Source: Psychrobacter sp. DM4 (GTDB taxonomy: Bacteria > Pseudomonadota > Gammaproteobacteria > Pseudomonadales > Moraxellaceae). Taken from it: a DNA stretch of 32,000 nucleotides. The DNA lies in NCBI RefSeq assembly GCF_051307035.1, contig NZ_CP195536.1:690001-722000 (forward strand). The letters run 5' to 3'. A program made the translations under genes and the position numbers. The notes under the pieces are model-generated. The model was not told where the DNA came from. It did no database searches and saw nothing but the letters and a program-made list of their open reading frames with translations. Shown here piece after piece: positions 17,301 through 27,021 of this stretch (the first letter of the stretch is position 1; each line of letters begins with the position of its first letter).

Positions 17301-18493
17301 ACGGTGCAACAGGTGCTCAAGGCGAACGAGGCCTTCAAGGACTACAGGGCGATGCTGGAGTAAACGGTGCCGATGGTGCAATGGGTGTTCAAGGCGAACA
17401 AGGAATCCAAGGTGAACAAGGTGTAGCAGGTCAAGACGGCACTAACGGTACTAACGGCCTAAATGGTCAAGACGGTGCAACAGGTGCTCAAGGTATTCAG
17501 GGCGAACAGGGCATTCAAGGTGAACAAGGCGAATCAGGTATTAGCGAAGAGGCCAGAGTTGAACTAGAAGCGCAGATAGAAGAGAGTGAGACTCGCTTCT
17601 TTAGCGTCAATACAAATGAAGAGAAAACCCAAGGCAATTTTAACAACAATGGTGCCACAGCTACAGGCGCAATCGCTATTGGTGTCAATACCAAAGCAAC
17701 GGGTACAAATAGTACTGCTATAGGAACGGACAGCATAGTCACTGGCGATCAATCTACCAGTGTCGGTAAAGGCAACATCGTCTCAGGTAACCGTTCAGGC
17801 GCTTTCGGTGATCCTAACATCGTCGGTGGTAATGCTAACTACGCGGTAGGTAATGACAACGTCATAGGCAACACCACCAGCAACTCAGTCGTCTTAGGTA
17901 GCAATGCAACCGTTGGTGCTACAGCCGCTACGGCAGATGCGCAAGGCAACCCAACCTTTACTAATGCAACCGATGCCTCAAACTCTGTTGCTATCGGTGA
18001 GTCAGTAAACGTTCAAGCAACCAATGCCGTGGCTATCGGCTCTAATAGTAGTGTAACTAATAACAACTCGGTAGCACTAGGAGCGAACTCACAGACCAGT
18101 GCGGATAATACGGTGTCTGTGGGTAGTACCAACAATCAACGCCGTATTACTAATGTCGCATCTGGCATTAACCCAAATGATGCGGTGAATGTCGCACAAC
18201 TTAACCAGTCTCGTGCAGATGCTTTTGGTTATACCGATAGCGCGGTTGATAGACTAGAAGACGAAACCTACTCAGCAGTAGCGGGCGCATTAGCCTTTGG
18301 CGCACTACGCTATCCTAACGTACCCGGTAAAGTCAGTGTTGGTCTCGGGGGCGGCACATGGGAAGGTGAGACAGGGTATGCCGTAGGTATTGGCTATACG
18401 ACACCAAATGGACAGATTTCGTTTAATAGCGCGTTTGGTGGTAGCGGTAGTCAAAATGGAGGTAACGTAGGTGTGAGTTATACCTTTGACTAA
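14393..18493 (+). CDS. Trimeric autotransporter adhesin 2 (ESPR, duplicated head-neck module, FGG-like motif, collagen-like stalk, proximal head, neck, YadA-type anchor)
   Basis: The ESPR MLNHVYRVIFNRSTGCYVAVSEIAKSG is almost identical to adhesin 1. Two head-neck modules each end in RQITGVAAGTTDTDAVNVAQL. Then ...SAFGGNAAFNMNGTFQAPTYRINNTNYNDVGSAF..., 85 Gly-X-Y triplets, a proximal head about 90 percent identical to adhesin 1, RRITNVASGINPNDAVNVAQL, and a C-terminal beta anchor ...GGNVGVSYTFD. Confidence 0.9.
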   Translation: MLNHVYRVIFNRSTGCYVAVSEIAKSGGKSSKSTTGTVPASTTGTTLRHRTIAVAIGSILGLTMMSAQAEVCILDPGNSTSSSTATGNSAFACGLGNEASGTFSSALGIGNTASNFSSSAVGRANEASGDFSSAIGNFNQASGGFSSAMGYENTASARNSSAMGRSNIASGLYSSAVGSFSEASEAGATAVGSGSASSFKQVPVAGAVVQADFTAATTPIQTDSQNRRFRDDGNGGQIFEFADADYEALGIGATASGIRATAVGNTSVASARDSIAMGTGSTANIDNSIALGSQSVTTVDAGVQGFGADARTTPVWQSTLAAVSVGDTSDADPANWQTRQITGVAAGTTDTDAVNVAQLKDQKIRYVSINSDASDAASNRDNDGATGAGSLAIGINSQTSGNAGSAIGISNRASSQFGVAVGFGNRVSSTDNSGNSIEEASAVGNQNRALGNQASAFGHTNTAVGDDSSAFGQGNISGGNDSSALGRNNIARGVDSSAVGSQNFTTLEAEDSSALGKRNRTTALASSAIGYRNEASGIFSSVMGSSSVASATGATAVGSGREDGLVAIDGAIVQAEFAAATTDIEVDDEGRRFKLDTNNDPIFEFAAADYEDLGIGATASGIRATAVGNTSVASARDSIAMGTGSTADIRNSIALGSQSVTTVDAGAQGFSANGRTDATWQSTLAAVSVGNISDADPANWQTRQITGVAAGTTDTDAVNVAQLQRVETNSFSQAQNLASAFGGNAAFNMNGTFQAPTYRINNTNYNDVGSAFTAVDGRLTDLQGQINNIELTPGPQGEQGIQGEQGEQGIQGIQGVAGQDGANGAMGVQGEQGIQGEQGEQGLQGEQGIAGQDGTNGTNGLNGQDGATGAQGEQGIQGEQGERGLQGLQGDAGVNGADGAMGVQGEQGIQGEQGEQGIQGEQGVAGQDGVNGADGAQGIQGIQGEQGLQGEQGIAGQDGTNGTNGLNGQDGATGAQGERGLQGLQGDAGVNGADGAMGVQGEQGIQGEQGVAGQDGTNGTNGLNGQDGATGAQGIQGEQGIQGEQGESGISEEARVELEAQIEESETRFFSVNTNEEKTQGNFNNNGATATGAIAIGVNTKATGTNSTAIGTDSIVTGDQSTSVGKGNIVSGNRSGAFGDPNIVGGNANYAVGNDNVIGNTTSNSVVLGSNATVGATAATADAQGNPTFTNATDASNSVAIGESVNVQATNAVAIGSNSSVTNNNSVALGANSQTSADNTVSVGSTNNQRRITNVASGINPNDAVNVAQLNQSRADAFGYTDSAVDRLEDETYSAVAGALAFGALRYPNVPGKVSVGLGGGTWEGETGYAVGIGYTTPNGQISFNSAFGGSGSQNGGNVGVSYTFD
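15122..16562 (+). repeat. In-frame 1092-bp (364-codon) duplication of the head-neck module in adhesin 2; best conserved cores are 15122-15470 and 16214-16562
   Basis: AACCGCGAGTGGTATTCGCGCAACAGCGGTTGGCAATACCTCAGTCGC occurs at 15151 and 16243, an offset of 1092. The protein segments ADYE(A/D)LGIGATASGIRATAVGNTSVASARDSIAMGTGST...TRQITGVAAGTTDTDAVNVAQL are near-identical. Confidence 0.85.
16772..17539 (+). repeat. Collagen-like Gly-X-Y tract of adhesin 2 (85 consecutive triplets, a single proline in the first triplet GPQ)
   Basis: Hand-parsed from GPQGEQGIQGEQ... to ...GIQGEQGESG. The frame was checked at 16772 and 17537. Confidence 0.9.
16910..17394 (+). repeat. Long perfect in-frame direct repeats inside the collagen tract: 103 bp at 16910-17012 = 17225-17327, and 74 bp at 17033-17106 = 17321-17394
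   Basis: Compared base by base and found identical. The offsets are 315 bp and 288 bp, both multiples of 9. The second copy lacks 27 bp (GEQGIQGEQ) that the first copy carries between two GGCGAAC repeats. Confidence 0.9.
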
Positions 18494-18522
18494 ATAGTAG
18501 TTTAGTTCGTGATACGAAACGC

Positions 18523-18556
18523 AAGTCTACTATCATTTGGTGGTAGGCTTGTTTTA
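18523..18556 (+). terminator. Probable rho-independent terminator of the adhesin genes
   Basis: AAGTCTACTA (18523-18532), an 8-nt loop, TGGTAGGCTT (18541-18550; 10 bp with two G-U pairs), followed by GTTTTAGTT. Confidence 0.55.
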
Positions 18557-18613
18557 GTTAGGAGAAATATAAATGTTTTTCTATAATGTTTAAAAATAAA
18601 TTCTAGATATCCC

Positions 18614-18641
18614 TTGACCCCTCCGTTAAACTACGTATAAT
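18614..18641 (+). promoter_or_regulatory. rrn promoter P1 (sigma70-type)
   Basis: TTGACC (18614-18619), a 16-nt spacer, TATAAT (18636-18641). An AT-rich UP-like tract lies upstream and a GC-rich discriminator (GCCACCC) downstream. Confidence 0.6.
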
Positions 18642-18770
18642 GCCACCCAGTCGAAAGGGAAGCTACTTAGACAAATGATTCATCATATTTTAAGCAAGCT
18701 ATTAGAATGACGTTTTAACCGACTTACCTAGTAAGCCAGATAAAAACCTCAAACTAAATTAAATAACCTC

Positions 18771-18798
18771 TTGACACCACAATTTAACCGTCTATAAT
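18771..18798 (+). promoter_or_regulatory. rrn promoter P2 (sigma70-type)
   Basis: TTGACA (18771-18776), a 16-nt spacer, TATAAT (18793-18798). An A/T-rich upstream tract (AAACTAAATTAAATAA) and a discriminator ACGCACC. Confidence 0.65.
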
Positions 18799-18889
18799 AC
18801 GCACCTCATCGAGACAAGCTAGCGGTTAAACACTAAGAACACCTAGTGATAGCGACCAGCGAATCGGATGAAACAAATTATAAAAGAGC

Positions 18890-18917
18890 TTGACAATATC
18901 AATCATTATGATAAGAT
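18890..18917 (+). promoter_or_regulatory. rrn promoter P3 (sigma70-type, weaker -10)
   Basis: TTGACA (18890-18895), a 16-nt spacer, TAAGAT (18912-18917), then the GC-rich AGTCGGCTCGC. Confidence 0.5.
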
Positions 18918-19246
18918 AGTCGGCTCGCTAGATAGCAAAGCCTGTAAGGGATTCGTTACTAGCAACCTTCAAATTGAAGGGATATACTTACCTACTGGAC
19001 GACAGAGGTGAGACACTATTTAAAAGCGAAACTAAAGAACAACTTGTGTGGATTTTTGCTGAGACAAGAATGCTAAAAATAAAGTTGACTATCTTCTCTT
19101 TTCGGAGGAGTTATTAACTATAAAAATTATCATTTAGTCAGCAGAAAAACTCAAAGTTAATTCATTACGAACATAATTTTTAGCGATTTTGCCAGATTAG
19201 ATGAGCCAAGTTTAGAAGCTTCTTTAAAGAGCTTCATAGCAAGATT

Positions 19247-20786
<1,540 letters not shown>

Positions 20787-20874
20787 TAGACAGCATTCAT
20801 CTTGGCAAGAATTCACAACAAGTTGTTCTTTAGTTTTAAGCTAGTTTATTAGCTTTGCCTTTACAGGCAGACAT

Positions 20875-20951
20875 AGGCCTGTAGCTCAGCTGGTTAGAGC
20901 ACCGTGTTGATAACGCGGGGGTCGGCAGTTCAAGTCTGCCCAGGCCTACCA
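20875..20951 (+). tRNA. tRNA-Ile (anticodon GAT)
   Basis: AGGCCTGTAGCTCAGCTGGTTAGAGCACCGTGTTGATAACGCGGGGGTCGGCAGTTCAAGTCTGCCCAGGCCTACCA. Cloverleaf with a 7-bp acceptor, anticodon loop TTGATAA, and an encoded CCA. Confidence 0.95.
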
Positions 20952-21080
20952 TTATTAAGCGGTAGTTAGAACAGTCGTTACATTGCATGAGCTAAAAGTA
21001 ATTAAAGCTTTTTGAAAATCCTATTTAAAGGATTTTCCTTGCGAAGCTAAAATTGCAGTGCAATTTTTACACGCTTCTCA

Positions 21081-21156
21081 GGGGCCATAGCTCAGTTGGT
21101 AGAGCGCCTGCCTTGCACGCAGGAGGTCAACGGTTCGACTCCGTTTGGCTCCACCA
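21081..21156 (+). tRNA. tRNA-Ala (anticodon TGC)
   Basis: GGGGCCATAGCTCAGTTGGTAGAGCGCCTGCCTTGCACGCAGGAGGTCAACGGTTCGACTCCGTTTGGCTCCACCA. The G3-U70 identity pair is present. Confidence 0.95.
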
Positions 21157-21471
21157 TTATAAACAGCGCGATTAGATAGAATATTATAGAGAGCATAAAC
21201 AGAATTAAGTAATCGTTGATGATTATTTACTTCTGTTTTATACAGAACCTGGAATCTGACGAAGATACAGGAACTATTTAAAAACATAGATATGAGTCTG
21301 GGTTAGGACTAACGTGTTCACGCGTTAATCTTAACCTTAATAGCTCACCTCTTAACGACATCAGTTGTTATCCCAGGGGTGAGTTATTAAAAAGTAATAA
21401 GAGAACTGAATCAAGCGTAAACATAGGTGATATCGTTATAATTGTGAGACAAAGACCCTTTGGGGTTGTAT

Positions 21472-24331
<2,860 letters not shown>

Positions 24332-24449
24332 ACAACACCCAAGTGGTTTGTATCAAGCAACTATTTCGATATCACCTATATCCTTGATTCAGGAATAGTG
24401 ATACTTAGTCAAAATAAGTAAAACAACACAGACTCATATCTAACCCCTT

Positions 24450-24566
24450 TGCTGACGACAATAGCACGATGGCACCACCTGATCCCTTCCCGAACTCAGA
24501 AGTGAAACATCGTAGCGCCAATGGTAGTGTGGCTCCGGCCATGTGAGAGTAGGTCATCGTCAGCGC
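24450..24566 (+). rRNA. rrf: 5S ribosomal RNA
   Basis: TGCTGACGACAATAGCACGATGGCACCACCTGATCCCTTCCCGAACTCAGAAGTGAAAC...GAGAGTAGGTCATCGTCAGCGC. Helix I closes 24451-24458 with 24557-24564. Confidence 0.93.
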
Positions 24567-24580
24567 TCTATTCTAAGAGA

Positions 24581-24612
24581 CCTCCTGTGACATAAGTCAC
24601 AGGGGGTTTTGC
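24581..24612 (+). terminator. rrn operon rho-independent terminator
   Basis: CCTCCTGTGAC (24581-24591), loop ATAA, GTCACAGGGGG (24596-24606), then TTTT. Confidence 0.85.
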
Positions 24613-24634
24613 TTTGGCTTGAGTTCTTGTATGT

Positions 24635-24660
24635 AAAAAAGAGCTGTTGTATACAGCTCT
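24635..24660 (-). terminator. Rho-independent terminator of the minus-strand two-gene cassette
   Basis: AGAGCTGT (24640-24647), loop TGTAT, ACAGCTCT (24653-24660). On the minus strand the stem is followed by TTTTTT (plus-strand A-run 24635-24640), 27 nt after the stop of the small ORF. Confidence 0.75.
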
Positions 24661-24686
24661 CTATAGATTTACTTATTTTATCTGCG

Positions 24687-25019
24687 TTATACCTGTGATT
24701 TCCATTCCTGATTAGACTCAAATATGTCTTGGTATACTGCTTCTTTGATAGAGGCAGAATTAAAACGACGTCTATCTTCACTAAGTCGTAACACACGAGG
24801 TAGACGACTAATTCCTAAATCTCCGTCTGCTAGCGCATAATGTCTATATTTATTGTTGATGATCTCGTTACATTCAAACTCTGGATACACCATACCTTTA
24901 TTCTGGTTTTTTGCCATGCGAACGATAAACATAAATAGATCTTCATTAACCGATTGTTCTGTTTCAATGATATCCTCTAACGAGTAGTTAGGTGTTTTAC
25001 CTACCTTAAGTTTTGCCAA
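24687..25019 (-). CDS. Hypothetical small protein (81-110 aa), distal gene of the orphan cassette
   Basis: ORF with a basic segment (RLPRVLRLSEDRRRF) and no family I can recognise. The track start at 25019 is TTG, lies only 3 nt after a GGAAG, and overlaps the upstream gene by 19 nt. ATG at 24932 (GAAGA 8 nt upstream) is an alternative start. Confidence 0.55.
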   Translation of the reverse strand: MAKLKVGKTPNYSLEDIIETEQSVNEDLFMFIVRMAKNQNKGMVYPEFECNEIINNKYRHYALADGDLGISRLPRVLRLSEDRRRFNSASIKEAVYQDIFESNQEWKSQV

Positions 25020-26428
25020 AAACTTCCATTCTCTTGAACCTCATTATAATTCGCTATACTGTCTTTAAAAGACTGAAGCTCTCCTAAAGATGTTTCGGTT
25101 TCTTCTAGTTTTTCTTTAACCGTAGTTAGTGGTATTTTGATATGATCAGAATACTCATCGATTCTTTGCTGCTCAGCATTTAATACCAAACGTAATTTGT
25201 CTAAGAGTTTACGCATAGCTATAAACTTAATAATCATGACTTCACCGCTATCAGAATACATCACTAGCGGTTGCAATCTAAAGTCCTGAATATTATCACT
25301 CATTTGTTTTGTTAATTGATCTAAGTGATAGAATAAATAATTTCTATCGTTTACATCATTTTCTGTGAGCTTAATTACATTAGGTAATTTTTGCAGTATC
25401 AATAGAGATAATTGTTTTTCGTACTTAATAAGACGATTTTTGATCACGACTTCAGGTTGGCTACCGTCTTGTTCTAGAGGCTCTTTGAGTAGTGGTCTTA
25501 AATAACAGTTATACAAACGCTTAATCTCATTGACGAACTTTAAAATAGTATCAGATACGCCTCTATCCAAAGTGTACAGCCTAGACATACAATAAGTTGC
25601 ATGTTCCATATATTTAGGATCGCTTATATGTTGTTTATCCAGTACGACGTGAGTCAAAAAAACAAACTGATGATGACCGCCTCCACTGCTATCCTCGTGC
25701 AAAAACCTTCTAAAAGAGTAGGGGTTTTTATCAACTTGGTCAGCAATACCAATTAAAAACCAATAGTGTTGCCCCTCAACGATAAAGAATTTTCTATCCA
25801 AAGCTTCTTTTTTTATAAAAGTAGGAAAATGAGTAAACTCTTGAAATTCTAAATCTGATGAGTCCCAACTTCTAAAATCTCTACCTTGAACCTGCTGTTT
25901 GATGAAGACCTCTTTGAAGTAAGACTTTACGATATCACTATTTAGCTGACGCAGACCTGAATGTATGGTTAACTCTATAGTGTCAATCCACGCTGCCAGA
26001 TCATACAAAAATGCTATGCGTATTCGGTGGCGGTTTTTTTGATCGAGCAAAGAACCCTGAACGTCCAAGTTATCTAAGTGACCTAATAAGGCTTCTACTT
26101 TATCAGCTAATGCTATAGCGTTATGGACCTTGTTATCAGAGTCAGTCACTTTGAGCATATGTGAAGCTATAGAAATAAGGTCCTTATTATTAGTTTGAAT
26201 ACTAGCAAGAGTAAAACTCAGAGTTTCAGGGCTCTGGTAAACTAGTTTTTTATCTGCGCTAATGGTTATACCGCGCGGCTTCAAAATGTTCTTGTAGACG
26301 CTGTACTGGCTTTTTTTGTGTAATTTGGGCAAGATTTTTTCGATAGAGTCATACCAATCAGAGCTAAGGGCTGGATCTATAGATTTAAGTTTATAGAGTT
26401 GATACTCTGATAGATCATGAATGTTCAT
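25001..26428 (-). CDS. Hypothetical protein (about 475 aa), proximal gene of the orphan cassette
   Basis: Long uninterrupted ORF in an AT-rich segment. I prefer ATG at 26428 (AAAGGA about 10 nt upstream) to the track TTG at 26482, which has no Shine-Dalgarno. No Walker A, no TM helices, no signal peptide. The C-terminal 70 aa are charged and heptad-like (LDKLRLVLNAEQQRIDEY...KEKLEETETSLGELQSF). It contains an RNYLFYH (Rx5H) motif. Confidence 0.7.
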   Translation of the reverse strand: MNIHDLSEYQLYKLKSIDPALSSDWYDSIEKILPKLHKKSQYSVYKNILKPRGITISADKKLVYQSPETLSFTLASIQTNNKDLISIASHMLKVTDSDNKVHNAIALADKVEALLGHLDNLDVQGSLLDQKNRHRIRIAFLYDLAAWIDTIELTIHSGLRQLNSDIVKSYFKEVFIKQQVQGRDFRSWDSSDLEFQEFTHFPTFIKKEALDRKFFIVEGQHYWFLIGIADQVDKNPYSFRRFLHEDSSGGGHHQFVFLTHVVLDKQHISDPKYMEHATYCMSRLYTLDRGVSDTILKFVNEIKRLYNCYLRPLLKEPLEQDGSQPEVVIKNRLIKYEKQLSLLILQKLPNVIKLTENDVNDRNYLFYHLDQLTKQMSDNIQDFRLQPLVMYSDSGEVMIIKFIAMRKLLDKLRLVLNAEQQRIDEYSDHIKIPLTTVKEKLEETETSLGELQSFKDSIANYNEVQENGSFWQNLR

Positions 26429-26606
26429 GAGGGTAAAGTCCTTTACAAATTTGGTCAAGTCTATGACATACTCAGTGAGCAATTGTAATGCACAAATGTC
26501 ACAGTATAAAGTCCCAATGACTAATTATTAGAATATAAGAGCTTTACTAAAACAAATCCTAAATTGTCAAAACAGGTTAGATAATTCATATAAAAGGCAG
26601 AACGAT

Positions 26607-27020
26607 ATGAGTACATCAAAGGTTAATTATCAAGGATCATTGCGTACTAGCGCAGTACATTTGCAATCTAGTAATGAGATTATCACAGATGCGCCAACAG
26701 ACAACCAAGGAAAAGGCGAGGCATTTTCGCCAACGGATTTATTAGCAACTAGTTTGGCCAGTTGTATGCTGACAATCATTGGCATAAAAGCGGCTGAGAT
26801 GAATATCGATATTACGGGTACTACTGCTGAGGTAACTAAAGTCATGGCAGTCGATCCTAGGCGTGTGAGTGAGATACATGTTGCTATGAGTTTTTTGCAA
26901 AAGTTAGATAAAAAAACTCAAACCATATTTTATAACACGGCGCTAACCTGCCCTGTAGCAAGAAGCCTTCATCCTGATATCGTTCAAAACGTTACGTTTA
27001 CTTATACAGACGAGAGTTGA
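26607..27020 (+). CDS. OsmC/Ohr-family peroxiredoxin-like protein
   Basis: 137 aa with the ...GKGEAFSPTDLLATSLASCMLTIIG... and ...ALTCPVARSL... paired Cys motifs typical of OsmC-like proteins. Confidence 0.8.
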   Translation: MSTSKVNYQGSLRTSAVHLQSSNEIITDAPTDNQGKGEAFSPTDLLATSLASCMLTIIGIKAAEMNIDITGTTAEVTKVMAVDPRRVSEIHVAMSFLQKLDKKTQTIFYNTALTCPVARSLHPDIVQNVTFTYTDES

Positions 27021-27021
27021 T

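Noticed and set aside
19218-19232. GCTTCTTTAAAGAGC in the 16S leader as a boxA antitermination element.
   Set aside because: It only loosely resembles the TGCTCTTTAACAA consensus, needing an extra base and a C-to-A change, and it also forms part of a small local palindrome. That is not enough to call it.
24560-24796. A 78-aa minus-strand ORF overlapping the 5S end, both terminators and the 3' end of the small cassette gene.
   Set aside because: It runs through two intrinsic terminators and an rRNA gene and overlaps a better ORF. It has no RBS.
24567-26606. The AT-rich cassette as a discrete mobile element (IS, transposon or integrative islet).
   Set aside because: I found no transposase or integrase, no terminal inverted repeats and no flanking direct repeats. 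Horizontal origin remains plausible from composition only, so I report it as a boundary observation rather than calling a mobile element.
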